Shown: positions 50,659-64,000 of the stretch, piece by piece
How the letters are laid out: every line of letters starts with the position of its first letter
How positions within the stretch are numbered: position 1 is the stretch's first letter
Source of the DNA: Eledone cirrhosa
Taxonomy: Eukaryota
Length of the DNA stretch: 64,000 bases
Reading direction: 5' to 3'
NCBI GenBank assembly: GCA_964016885.1
Contig: CAXHJY010000343.1
Location: 124,001-188,000, forward strand
Notes under the pieces: model-generated
Databases searched by the model: none
Told to the model about the DNA's origin: nothing
What the model saw: only the letters and a program-made list of their open reading frames with translations
Translations under genes and position numbers: made by a program

Positions 50659-53289
50659 TATGTATACACTCACACGCACATATTTATATGTATTTGGTGT
50701 ATACGTTCGTATGTGTGTGGGTATGTGTTGCACCGGTTTACGTATGTGTGCGCGTGTATGTGTACGTGCATGTATATGCATGCATGCCGTGTGTTTTCGC
50801 ATATACACGTGTATAAATGTGTGTATGTATATATTTAAGATTCATGATTTCAATAACCTCTGTCATTTTCGTTCTACTAATTTATTTACATTATTCTGAA
50901 ATCCGAAGCCGAGAATCATTCAGTTTCCTAAATAATATATTAGTCTACGACTCCATTTATACCTTAAACGTGGTTGTCTTTGCGTGTAGTTGTCCTTACC
51001 GGTCCACATAACGAGGTATGATCTTCACTTCTTTCCATTCATTGCCAGCGAACGTCTTCCCGAACCAAAGTATCGTCTTCCTGTTTTACTTCGGTTGCAA
51101 ACATGTTTCGAAATATTTACTTCTACGTTCACAGATTGATTCTTTTCAGTTTCAGATCCCGTTAAGGGTGAAAGCAGCAATTCTTTATGTATGTGGGGTG
51201 GGGATTGGAGAGGTGGGTCAGAGGGGTTACTTCGCTGGTAAGGGGGTGGAGTGTTAAGACGTGGGGAGGAGGAAAGTTGGGGCATACTTCAAACCACTAA
51301 ATGTTGCTTCATCTCGTGGACATGGGAATGCAGGTCAACCTTTTAAACAACATCTCTACCTTCATACACATCACATGTCCATACCACAGCAATCTCCTCT
51401 CCTGCATACTGTATCTTATCCCTCTCATGCCCAGGTTCTCTCTCAGTTTATTTACACTTTGCTCTTCATGTATATTAATATTACACATTCATCGGAGAAT
51501 TCAAGCTTCATTTCTATCCAATCTTCCGAGGTCCACACTGCAATGCAGCATTGCTGTTTATATGCACACATCAATTTGGTAAAACAACCTTTTGTAGCTA
51601 GTAATAGTAGTAATAGTAGCACCCTAAACCTTTGCCATTTTGTTCTTACTCTGGTTTCTGTACTTTCAGTACACCTACCTCCACTGCTAATTTGGTCACC
51701 CTGGTAACAGAAACTGTCAACTGTTTCTATGGAACCCTTTAAATATTTGATAGAACTTGTCCCCAAAAGTGATTGCTTCTTACTGCTCCAGTGCAATGAC
51801 CCCATGTAAAACCTACATTCTTAGCTAACTTACCATGTATCCCACTAAATCTCTTGTGAACCCATAGTCTCTTTAGAGTAAATAATTGTTTCTACTTTTG
51901 GCACAAGGCCAGCAATTACCCAGTGCATTACTGGTACGACCCCGGAAGGATGAAAGGCAAACTTAACCTCGGCGGGATTTGAACTCAGATCGTAAAGGGA
52001 CGTAACTATGCTGGAAAGCATGGCGTCCGACCCTCTACCACCTTTAGAGTAAATAATGTTTCATACACAGAACATGTATGTGTGACCATTGGTTTGCAAG
52101 TCCACTTATGGCCACCACTGTTAATTAGGGGAGGCACTTCCAAACAGACCCTTCATTTGGCATGATTACAAATATATTAGAAGGAAGTTCTTTCCTCAAA
52201 CAATTTTCACTCAAAACAGAGGAGAGTTTAATTTTGTCAAAAAGGGAGGTAAATCTTTAGTGGTGGAATTGTCAGGCTTAATTATATATGTAATTAGACA
52301 CACATAGAAGTGGTTGATTGCTTTTACAATCTAGGTGACTTAATTAGCAGTGGAGGGGGATGCTCTGAAAGATGAATAGCTAGAATAAGGATAGGATGGA
52401 AAAAGTTTAGAGAGCTACTGCAACAGTTGACCACAAAAGGTTTCTCTCTCTGTACAAAAGGACAACTGTATGACACATGTGGGTGATGTGCAATGATGTA
52501 TGGTAACTAAACATGGGCTGTGACTGCAGAGGATATGTAGACTGGAGAGAAATGCCACAACCATGTTTTGTAGGATATGTTATGTAAGTGTGAGAGAAAG
52601 GCAGAGTTTGGACAAGTTCAAGAAGAAGTTGGGTTTAAGAGTGATCTGAAGTGGTGTGTAAGAGAGAATACTGTGTTTGTACAGACATGTGATGAACATG
52701 GATAATGACCGCTGGGTGATGAAGTGCCAGGAAATCCCAGTAGAAGGAAGCCATAGTAGAGGTAGACCAAGAAAGACCTGGAGAGAGGCTGTGTGAACTG
52801 ACTTCAAAGAACTGACTCTCACAAAGAAGATGACAAAGGAACACGACGAGTGGAAAGATGCCATGTTGAGAAGGACCTGTCCAACCAAGCAAGCATGGAA
52901 AAACGGACATAAAAACAGTGATGATGTTGATGAAGATGACGTACATATACACACATACATACACAAATAAATCAAATACAGATATGCACATACGTATATA
53001 CAAACACAGATACAAACATATATATGGACACAAATTTCTAGACATACATGCTAGCGTGGAAGATAGACGTTAAACGATGATGATGATTATATAGCGTATG
53101 TAAATTCTGAACGATACAGTTTTGTCAGCAAAATTCTTGGTTACAACTTTTACAGATAAAATGAAAGGAGAATTTCTTAGTAAAACAGTTTTATTCAAAA
53201 CATTTACAACATTGGTGGCACTATTTTAGGTGAGTGACATGGTTTTTATGTTGTCTGATTGTGTTTGTGTTGCATCAAGTAAACCTTTA

Positions 53290-53580
53290 CAAGAGAATGA
53301 TTTACCACAGACATCACAGTGATATGGTTCCTCTGCTGTATGTGTTAGTGTGTAGGGAAGCCACAACATTTAGGGAATGATTTACCACAGATATCACAGT
53401 GATATGGTTCATTTTCTGTAAATGTTAGTGCCGAATGAAGTGACTTATTTCAGAGAATGATTTCCCACAGATATCACAGTGATATAGTTCCTCTCATGTA
53501 TATGTTAGTGTCTAGTGAAGCCACACCATTTAGAGAATGATTTACCAAATATATCAAAGTAAAATGTCTTCCCAGCTGTA
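53290..53580 (-). pseudogene. Degenerate 80-bp zinc-finger repeats downstream of ZNF C
   Basis: Units at 53301, 53381 and 53461. Confidence 0.8.
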
Positions 53581-53710
53581 TGTATATGTTTATGTGTAGT
53601 TAATGTAACATTCAAAGAGAATGATTTCCCTCAGATGTCAAAATGATATGTATTTGTATTCTCATTAATTTACAAATTTGAAGGAATGATTTATCACTGA
53701 TGTCAATGCG

Positions 53711-55651
53711 TTATGATTTCTCTTCTGCATGTATGAGTTTGTGAGTAGTTAGGCTACTTTTCCCAGAGAATGATATACCACAGATATCACAGTGATATGG
53801 CTTCTCTCCTGTATGGGTACGATTGTGGTTAAATAATTGACTACTTCGAGAGAATGATTTACCACAGATATCACAGTGATATGGCTTGTCTCCTGTATGT
53901 GTACGTTTGTGGCTAGTTAAGTGATTACTCTGAGGGAATGATTTACCACAGATATCACAGTGGTATGGCTTGTCTCCTGTATGTGTACGTTTATGTGTAA
54001 TTAGGTTACTACCTGCAGAGAATGATATACCACAGATATCACAGTGATATGGCTTCTCCCCAGTATGTATACGATTGTGGTTAGATAAGTAACTACTTCG
54101 AGAGAATAATTTACCACAGATATCACAGTGATATGGCTTGTCTCCTGTATGTATATCTTTGTGTTTAGTTAAGGTACTACTTTTAGAGAATGATTTACCA
54201 CAGATATCACAGAGGTTTGGCTTCTCTCCTGTATGTATACGTTTGTGGCTACTTAAGCTGCTACCTTGAGAGAATGATTTACCACAGATATCACAGTGAT
54301 ATGGCTTGTCTCCTGTATGTATACGTTTGTGTCTAGTTAAGGGACTACTATCGGAGAATGATTTACCACAGATATCACAGTGGTATGGCTTGTCTCCTGT
54401 ATGTATACGTTTGTGAGTATTTAAGGTACCACTTTTATAGAATGATTTACCACAGATGTCACAGTGATATGGTGTCTCGCCTGTATGTATACGTTTGTGA
54501 GTAGTTAAGCAACTACTAACAGAGAATGATTTACCACAGATATCACAGTGATATGGCATCTCGCCCGTATGTGTACGTTTGTGGCTAGTTAAGGTACCAT
54601 TTTCAGAGAATGATTTACCACAGATATCACAGTGATAAGGCTTGTCTCCTGTATGGGTACGTTTGTGGGTAGTTAAGTGACTCCTTAAAGAGAATGATTT
54701 ACCACAGATATCACAGTGGTATGACTTGTCTCCTGTATGTATACGCTTGTGGCTAGTTAAGTTACTATTTACAGAGAATGATTTACCACAGATATCACAG
54801 GGATATGGCTTCTCTCCTGTATGTATACGTTTGTGAGAAGTTAACTGACTACTTACAGAGAATGATTTACCACAGATATCACAGTGATATGACTTGACTC
54901 CTGTATGTATACGTTTGTGCATAATTAAGTTACCACTTCCAGAGAATGAATTACCACAGATATCGCAGTGATATGGTTTCTCACCTGTATGGGTACGTAT
55001 GTGAGAAGTTAAGGTACCTCTATCAGAGAATGATTTACCACAGATATCACAGTGAAATGGCTTGTCTCCTGTATGAATACGTTTGTGGCTAGTTAAGGTA
55101 CCACTTTCAGAGAATGATTTACCACAGATATCACAGTGATATGGCTTCTCTCCCGTATGTGTACGTTTGTGAATAATTAAGGTACCACTTTGAGAGAATG
55201 ATTTACCACAGATATCACAGTTATATGGTTTCTCACCTGTATGGGTGCGTTTGTGAGAAAGTAAGCTACAACTATCAGAGAATGATTTACCACAGATATC
55301 ACAGTGATATGGCTTCTCTCCCGTATGTGTACGTTTGTGAATAATTAAGGTACCACTTTGAGAGAATGATTTACCACAGATATCGCAGTTATATGGTTTC
55401 TCACCTGTATGGGTGCGTTTGTGAGAAAGTAAGCTACAACTATCAGAGAATGATTTACCACAGATATCACAGTGATATGGCTTCTCTCCTGTATGTATTC
55501 GTTTGTGAATAATTAAGGTACTACTTTTATTGACTGATTTACCACAGATACCACAGTGATATGGCTTCTCTTCTCTAACCTTTGTCATTGTTCCATTAAT
55601 ACTAAACATTTGTGTTTCACATTTAATCTTCACACTCAATTTATTTTGCAT
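53711..55651 (-). CDS. Tandem C2H2 zinc-finger protein C, 646 aa, 22 fingers
   Basis: 30-aa leader plus 22 x 28-aa fingers, ending [10 protein letters not shown]. Confidence 0.95.
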   Translation of the reverse strand: MQNKLSVKIKCETQMFSINGTMTKVREEKPYHCGICGKSVNKSSTLIIHKRIHTGEKPYHCDICGKSFSDSCSLLSHKRTHTGEKPYNCDICGKSFSQSGTLIIHKRTHTGEKPYHCDICGKSFSDSCSLLSHKRTHTGEKPYNCDICGKSFSQSGTLIIHKRTHTGEKPYHCDICGKSFSESGTLTSHKRIHTGDKPFHCDICGKSFSDRGTLTSHIRTHTGEKPYHCDICGNSFSGSGNLIMHKRIHTGVKSYHCDICGKSFSVSSQLTSHKRIHTGEKPYPCDICGKSFSVNSNLTSHKRIHTGDKSYHCDICGKSFSLRSHLTTHKRTHTGDKPYHCDICGKSFSENGTLTSHKRTHTGEMPYHCDICGKSFSVSSCLTTHKRIHTGETPYHCDICGKSFYKSGTLNTHKRIHTGDKPYHCDICGKSFSDSSPLTRHKRIHTGDKPYHCDICGKSFSQGSSLSSHKRIHTGEKPNLCDICGKSFSKSSTLTKHKDIHTGDKPYHCDICGKLFSRSSYLSNHNRIHTGEKPYHCDICGISFSAGSNLITHKRTHTGDKPYHCDICGKSFPQSNHLTSHKRTHTGDKPYHCDICGKSFSRSSQLFNHNRTHTGEKPYHCDICGISFSGKSSLTTHKLIHAEEKS

Positions 55652-56344
55652 AATGTTTTTTTCTTGAACAGAATATACAAAATTTTTTTCTTGTAATATT
55701 TCTTATATTATATTCCTAAAAAATATATCTTCTATATTTCCCTCAACTGTAATGTCAGTTAATATCTGAAGATAATACAAACTTATGTTTCATCCAAGTT
55801 TAGTTAAAATATAAAAATATCACATAGGGAGGAAAATAATAAGTAATTCAATGACAGATTTATATAAACAGCGTTATATAAGTTCTGTTTAGAAGGTTTT
55901 AGTCTTCAAATGATAAATTGAGGTGATGTGTATCCGAGATTGAAAATAATAATTTATACCAATGTCATCTGATATTCTGAAATAAGAAAGAAACAGTATG
56001 AGATAATACAGAATACTTAAGAAGCAGAGACAGATTTAACAGAGGAAATTTTATATTTCTATATTGGTAAACTGTAGATATCAACTTTCCTGTCCAGAGT
56101 AATTCTCTCCAATGTAAGTAGTGTTATTCCAGCATCCTCTATAAATTTAATCCTTGTATCACATCGGAGGTCTGCTCCAGGGCAGTTTAGCAAAAAATTC
56201 ATTCTTATAGGACTTATAAGAAAGAAACAGTGTGAGATAATAGAGAATACTTAAAATACAGAGATAGATTTAAAGTGAAAATTTTACACCAGTACAAAAT
56301 TTCCCAGCGTCGATGACGTTACTTTTTCCCTATTATACTAATAT

Positions 56345-57145
56345 ACACTATATATACACTATATATGTTGTCCAAGGGAAAGACAATGGCTGATACAGCT
56401 TGGTAGCAGTGACATCACAACATATATATACACTATATATACAGTGTTTACAATATATATTATACACTATATATGTTGTCCAAGGGAAAGACAATGGCTG
56501 ATACAGCTTGGTACCAGTGACAACACAACATATATATACACTATATATACACTGTGTACAATATATATATACACTATATATGTTGTCCAAGGGAAAGGCA
56601 ATGGCTGACACAGCTTGGTACAAGTTACATCACAACATATATATACACTATATATACACTGTGTACAATATATATATACACTATATATGTTGTCCAAGGG
56701 AAAGGCAATGGCTGACACAGCTTGGTACAAGTTACATCACAACATATATATACACTATATTATATATATACTGTTAGGCGGTGGATTGGCAGTATCGGTA
56801 GAGGGTCGGACGCCATGCTTTCCAGCATAGTTACATCCCTTTACGATCTGAGTTCAAATCCCGCCGAGGTTGACTTTGCCTGTCATCCTTACGGGGTCGA
56901 TAAAATAAAGTACCAGTAATGCACTGGGTATTTGCTGGCCTTGTGCCTAAAGTAGAAACAATTATATATATACTGTAATGGCTGATAAAGCTTGACACCA
57001 GTGACATCACAACATATATATACACTATATATATATATATATATACACACTGTGTACAATATATATTATACACTATATATGTTGTCCAAGGGAAAGGCAA
57101 TGGCTGACACAGCTTGGCACCAGTGACATCACAACATATATATAT
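56345..57145. repeat. SINE-derived ~107-bp composite repeat with an inserted SINE (56777-56965, +)
   Basis: Same GC-richer block as 42170-42875; period of 107. Confidence 0.85.
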
Positions 57146-57154
57146 GTATACTTA

Positions 57155-59984
57155 TATCCCAGACATCCATAGATTATTTCTATTCTACAGCTATCTCTCT
57201 TCCCCAGTTTCAAAATGTTCTGTTTACATTATTATTATTATCATTCACTTGTTTCCACAACGTATATACTTCGACCTTGTTTTTGATATAAACCATGTTG
57301 GACATTGTCTCTTTCTCTACAAACTCATCCCTAACCCCCACCATTACCTCCCCTTTCTCTCACTCATTCATTTCGGTGTTTACGAAGCTAGGTGACCATC
57401 TTCAAAATTCTTGCATACTTGCCTTGTCTAATATGTCTACTTATATCTGCTTATTTCCCCCGAATCTCCTGTTATGGTATATGTCATGATGGCTACCTAT
57501 CTCACAATTTCACTCTCGCCCACCCCAACTCACCACCATTGGCTATTCGACCCATCAAACCTCAGCAACATGTCTTAACCCATTACCCACCCTAACAAAC
57601 TCTGCCCTTCTAGCCCTAACCAGCCCCAACAAACTCTGCCATTACTACTACTGTCCTTCTAGCCCTTACCAGCCCCAACAAACTCTGCCATTGCTACTAC
57701 TGTCCTTCTATACCTTACCAGCCCCAACAAACTCTGCCACTAATACTAGTCCTTCTAGCCCTTACCAGCCCCAACAAACTCTGCCATTACTACTACTGTC
57801 CTTCTAGCCCTTACCAGCCCCAACAAACTCTGCCATTACTACTAGTCCTTCTAGCCCTTACCAGCCCCAACAAACTGCCATTATTACTACAGACCTTCTA
57901 GCCCTTACCAGCCCCAACAAACTCTGCCATTACTACTACTGCCCTTCTAGCCCTTACTAGCCCCAACAAACTCTGCCATTACTACTACTGTCCTAACCCT
58001 TACCAGCCCCAACAAACTCTGCCATTGCTACTACTGTCCTTCTAGCCCTGCACCAAAGAATTCTTGATTACTGTTATGTATGGAGGAGCGAAGGATAAAT
58101 GGAACAACCCTGAATAATAAATGGATATGAATCCGCGAGTTACCGAGCACCCATGCGAAGCTTTAATTCAGAGACAGGAAGCATACACACTCCCCTGCAA
58201 AAATTCACCCTCTCCCACATATGATGGCAAATGTCCAAAACTCTGAGTTGGCAGCATCAACATAAGCACAATGAAAGGAAGGGAAGGAGAAATTATAGAC
58301 ATGCTAGAGTGAAAGGATATTGACGTATGCTGTGTGCAAGAGACTAGATGGAGAGAAGAGTCCACTAGAGTCCTTGTAGGCAAAAGTTAGTGCTATAAAT
58401 TTTTCTGGGTGGGAAATGACAATGGGATGGGTGGTGTAGGTATACTATTAGATGACAAATGGGTAGATAAGGTAATAACCACACGTATTGTTAACCAGGT
58501 AATACTAGAGGGTGTCATACCAAAGGATTGGTGCAGCAGCATCATCGTCAACTGCTACAAGGGTAAAGTAGATGCACTAGATAGAAGAAACTATAGAGGT
58601 ATGAAGCTGATGGACCAGGTCATGAAAGTAATGGAAAGAGTCATAGCACAGTTGATCAGGGACTGGGTAAAACTAGGTGAGATGCAGTTTGGGTTTGTGC
58701 CAGGAAAAAGCACCACTGATGCCCTCTTCCTTCTGAGGCAGTTACAGGAAAAGTACCTAGCTAAAAGCAAGCCGCTCCACCTGGCTTTTGTCGATCTGGA
58801 AAAAGTCTTCGACAGAGTGCTCCATGCTATAATCTGGTGGGCTTTTAGAAAACTAGGAGTAGATTAGTGGCTTGTGAAAGCTGTACAAGCCATGTATAGG
58901 GGAGCAGTCAGCAAAGAGTTAACAATGACTATAGCAGGGAATTTAGCATACAGTTCGGTGTCCACCAGGGCTCTGTTCTTAGCCCTCTCCTGTTTATTAT
59001 AGTATTGCAGGCTATAACAGAGGAGTTTTAGACCTGATGCCCATAGGAACTCCTATATGTGGATGATCTTACACTTATAGCTGAATCTATGGCAGAACTA
59101 AAGAAACAAGCACCACCAAACTCTGGGAGAGCTCTGTAGAAACAATAGACAGCTTTTGCTACCTAGGTGACCGAATAAGCAGGAGGTGAGTGTTCTGAAA
59201 ATACAGTAATCAGGGTAACGACGGGATTGAAGAAGTTCAGGGAGCTAAAGCCACTCCTAGCTACAAAATGCTTTTCCCTCAAAATGAAAGACAGACAGTA
59301 TGATGTGTGCATACGGACAGCAATGTTACATGGTAGTGAGACCTGGGCGCTGTCTGTAGAAGACTTGCGTAGATTAGAAAGAAACGAAGCTTGCATGCTC
59401 CGATGGATGTGTAATAGTAATATACGCGAACGGCAAAGCATTAACAAATTGAGAGAGAGACTGAGCATCAGAGGAATCAAATGCTGTGTGCAGGAGAGGA
59501 GGTTGTGTTGGTATAGACATGTGATGTGTATGAAGGATGAAAGCTACATAAACAGATGCAGAGCAGTAGAAGTCAATGAAAGCCATGAAGTGGGGGGACC
59601 CAAGAAGACCTGGGATGAGGTGATGAAAGCTGACCTTACCCAATTGCACCACCCGAAGGCGATGACACCGGACCGTGACCTCTGGCTTCACACAGTAATA
59701 TAGAAGACCAGACTTCCCACGGGTACAAGCCGAAGCTGAAGCACATAGACAATATGCCCCCACCCCCTCCCACTGTAAAGTGGCCATGGAGGTGTCACAA
59801 CAAAATAGCACCCATCACTCAGTGTGAGGTTGGTGTTAGGAAGGGCATCCAGCTGTAGAAATCAAGCCAAAATCGGATCCCATCTGAGCAAGACAAGGTC
59901 ACCCTACCTGGCACTGCCCAAAACAGGACAACCTGTCTAACCTATACTACCGTGGAAGAAGGGACGTAAAATGGTGATGATGAT
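57155..59984 (+). mobile_element. Internally deleted RTE LINE derivative (copy C), including the 49-bp array at 57590-58050
   Basis: ORFs 58409-58867 and 59227-59703 are RTE APE/RT/C-terminal fragments; (TGA)n tail. Confidence 0.88.
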
Positions 59985-61145
59985 ATACACATATATACAC
60001 TGTGTACAGTATATATACACTATATACATTATATATATACACTATATATATATGTCCAAGAGAAAGGCTATGGCCGATACAGCTTGGCACCAGTGATGTC
60101 ACAACGTATATATATACTATATATATACACTATGTATATATTATATAGACACTGTGTACAGTATCTATACACTATATATATGTCCAAGAGAAAGGCTATG
60201 GCTGATACAGCTTGGGACTGGTAACATCACAACATATATATATACAATATATATTATACAGTATATATACACTATATATAATATACAGTATATATACACT
60301 ATATATATTATACAGTATATATACACTATATATATGTCCAAGATACAGCTTGGCACCAGTGACATTACAACTCATTTCTACAGCTGAGTAAACTGGAGCA
60401 ACGTGAAATAAAGTGTCTTGCTCAAGGATACAACACATCACACGGTCCGAGAATCGAACTCACCACCTTTTAATTGTAAGCCCAATGCTCTAACCGCTAA
60501 GCCAGGATACGTTCCAGAACCAACCGTGATATAGAGAGACCATAAAGACAACCGTTGTTTTCATAGTTTAAGCCTTAAAATACCTCTCATACATGCTTTA
60601 AGTACATATAAACTCATTAATACACACTTTTGTATTTAAACACCAAAAACAGCCAGTAACGATCGTATAGAAACTACCACCAACTATCATACCACTAGTT
60701 ACTAATGAGGACTATTGCCAGCCACGGTAGCCACTTGGTAATACACTGCACATCTCCCGTCAATCTATGAAGGGTTTGTAGTAGATTAGAGGAAAACACA
60801 ATCAGTAAAGCAGTAATGGAATGAAAAATATAAACATTTGTTCATAATTAAAGCCTTAAGATGTCCCTTCCTTACGATATACACTTTAATAACGTTGAAA
60901 CTTATGTAATAAGTTTAAATTTTAAACTCCTTTTATTCAGACGTACCGCGATAAGAAAATAGATATGTTCTAACGAATAATCCGCGATGTGGCGAGGATT
61001 ACCGCGATAGGAAATTAGATACGTTCCAAAGACATATTCGCGATGTAACGGGACCGCGAAAAGTGAACCGCGATATAGCGGGGGATTACTGTATATATAC
61101 ACACACAACATACATCTATCTATATACACTCATAACATATATTTC

Positions 61146-61763
61146 GGCAGTGTCATGGTATTAGCTGTCAGAAGTGAAAGTAAAAAAAGGTGACGTCATT
61201 CGCCAACCTTCTCAATCCTTTATTTCCGTATCACTATTCCCTTTATTTATGTTTAGGATTTTCTAAGATACGTTTACGATGAGATACACTTATTAAAAAA
61301 TAATATGGGTACCAAAGAACCCCGTAATTTTCGAGAGAAACGATAATATACAATCTTATTTAACATGTGTATTAAAAACTACACTAGCTGTTACAATTGT
61401 AATTAACGTGTAAGAACTTAAACGAAAATATAGGTGGCCCTTAAAAGGGCCGGTGTTGACCTTAAATTTGTTTTCTAATTTGATAACCATGACTTATTTC
61501 AACACCGGCCCTTTTAAGAGCCACCTATATTTTCATTTAAGTTCTTACACGTTAATTACAATTGTAACAGCTAGTGTAGTTTTTAATGCACATGTTAAAT
61601 AAGATTGTATATTATCGTTTCTGTCGAAAATTACGGGGTTATTTGGTCCCCATAAATAAAATCATAAACGTAAATAAACGGAATAGTGATATGTAAATAA
61701 AGGATTGAGAAGGTTGACGACTGACGTCACCTTCTTTCTGACAGCTAATACCACGACAGTGCC
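61146..61763. mobile_element. Foldback (MULE-like) element specific to copy C
   Basis: Long inverted arms 61146-61459 and 61499-61763; imperfect 9-bp duplication ATATATTTC/CTTTATTTC; empty site in B (~46755) . Confidence 0.8.
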
Positions 61764-62120
61764 CTTTATTTCGATATCTTACATTAAAATGTTGACTGAG
61801 GGTGTGACAACTGTTTCTTGTTTGAGGTTGTTCCAGTGGTTGAAATATAGACGGAGGTAATTAAATAATAAAGACAGTCATGATAACAATATATTTTATA
61901 TCACATGTAACAGTGGAATCTGATGATTGAAAAATATCACATCAACATTTCAGTTTGGAAGTGTTTTTTCTATATATAAAAGTGGAGGAAGAAATATATT
62001 TTTCTAATGTTGTTATATATATTTTCACTTGTATATAATTACTGGGTCGTTGTAGGGTTCACATAATTATATTATTTACACACATTAATATAGACATTAA
62101 GTAAATCTTTGTCAACTTAC

Positions 62121-62365
62121 CTCCTTCACATATAATCAATGTGTTGTGTTGTTAGTTGTTACTAAACAACCAAAGAAATAATCTCTTTGTTATCAAATTA
62201 GAAGTTTCAATGTTATCAGCTTTATTTCACGACATTAACGTTGGTGTATCTTCTTCATCTTTAGTCATAAATTGATATCTTGTCAGAATGAAGAAGTGAG
62301 GCTGACTTTATGTCTTTAGCTACATATTTGATAGGAAATATATATATATTAGGTTGATATGTGGT
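62121..62365 (-). other. Putative non-coding 5' exon of ZNF gene C
   Basis: Paralog of 1244-1484 with intact donor. Confidence 0.5.
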
Positions 62366-64000
62366 CTAAAATATATATATTGTCTATAAATGACTGATAG
62401 CAGATGTTCTAGTGAAATAGTAGTTTTACTACTACAGATTGTAATGGAACTCTTAGTAGACACAATTGTAAAGTAAGAATAGATATGACAGTGTAAGACT
62501 GGTGTCGGGGAATTAAAATTGTGTGTATATATATATATAATTGTTACACAAGATATAATTAGATTAATTAAAGTTATAATGAAGACAGCAGGTACCCGGT
62601 GTCGTTGAGAACGTTTCAACTGTCGTACCGGTGTCATACGTTAAAAGTCCCTGTTATAATTTAATACCTTCAGACACAATTCCAATCGTATTTAATTGAT
62701 TGTAAATCAGAAAGTATCACTCAGTAAAATATCAATTATATATCAATAAGAAAACCTCCACGTAGTCTCACTGACTGCTAGAAATAGCAGCGATATTATA
62801 CAATACAACTGCTCTCTCTCTCCAAATATGTATACACATATATGTACGTATGTATGTATATGGGTATGAATGAGTGTGTATATGTGTACATAGGGTTTTG
62901 GTATATGTACGTTCGGTGAACATATGTGTATTTACCTGTAGGTATGTGTGAGTGTGCGTTCTATACGCATTTATGCGTGTATATTTATATATGTATATAT
63001 AATTATATGTATACACACAAACATATATTTATGTGTATTTGGTGTATATGTCCGTACGTGTGCGGGTATATGTGTCGCACCGGTTTACGTCTGTGTGTGC
63101 GTGTTTATGTGTACGTGCATGTATATGCATGCATGCCGTGTGTTTTCGTATATACACGTGTATAAATGTGTGTATGTATATATTTAATTATTATTACTTT
63201 TATGATTTTAATAACCTCTGTCATTTTCGTTCAACTAATTTATTTACATTATTCTGAACTCCGAAGCCGAGAATCATTCAGTTTCCTAAATAGTATATTA
63301 GTCTACGACTCCATTTATACCATAAACGTGGTTTTTTCTTTACGTGAAATTGTTGTCACCGCTCCACATAACGACGTATTATCTTCGCTTTTTTCCGTTC
63401 ATTGCCAGGAAACGTCTTCACGAACCAAAGTATCGTCTTCCTGTTTTCCTTCGGTTGCAAAGTTTTTCGAAATATTTACTTTTTCGATCATGGATTGATT
63501 TTTTATTAGTTTCAGAAGATCCCATTAAGGGGGAAAGCAGCGATTCTTTGCTTAAACTATAATCTGTTATTTTAATATATTTATATATATATATATATAT
63601 ATAATTGGTTTTGGATGCTTAAAGCGTCCATATGCAGTAGGCCGTTTGAGCACTCGATGCTCTCATAGAGCAGAGTATATCACAGAAAAAGAGAGAATCA
63701 GTGTTGCGATGAGTGGAATTTAGTGGACATATTACAATCGTTTCTATGGCGACCAGCTCTGGGTACAATCGATGTGATGATCGAACCTGAAAATCTCAAG
63801 GTCCTCAGTTACGTCTTGATTCTATCATATATATACATATATCTGAAGGGCGGTGCCCCAGCATGGCCTCAGCCAGATAGTTGGAACACGTAAAAGAATA
63901 AAAGAATATAATACATACGTGTATATTCCTATATTGTATTTATCCTCATCACAATTTAAACTCCAATTTACATGTTAGCATGGGTCAGACGAGTTGTCCT

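Larger units (their letters stand above)
51190..62790 (-). repeat. Segmental duplication unit C
   Basis: Tandem paralog of B; lacks the segment equivalent to A ~10200-13000. Confidence 0.9.

Overview
Eukaryotic, AT-rich, repeat-dense animal DNA, most likely from a coleoid cephalopod (Octopus-like). That assignment is inferred from the tandem HTG(E/D)[14 protein letters not shown]2H2 genes and the SINE/RTE repertoire, not from a database hit. The window is built from three copies of a ~12-19 kb cassette: A ~1-19190 (+), B ~33960-49205 (-) and C ~51190-62790 (-), with what looks like the start of a fourth at the right edge. Each cassette has a putative non-coding 5' exon, a TE- and satellite-filled intron and one coding exon for a poly-C2H2 zinc-finger protein with no recognisable effector domain (16, 15 and 22 fingers). 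Between A and B lie a near full-length but disabled RTE LINE (APE + RT + a PHD-like finger), CORE-type SINEs, minisatellites and two hammerhead-ribozyme motifs. Comparing the paralogs exposes copy-specific insertions (a Helitron with a long hairpin just 3' of ZNF A, a mariner, a MULE-like foldback, SINEs) and satellites that grew out of LINE/SINE sequence. All alignments and copy numbers were made by eye and are approximate.
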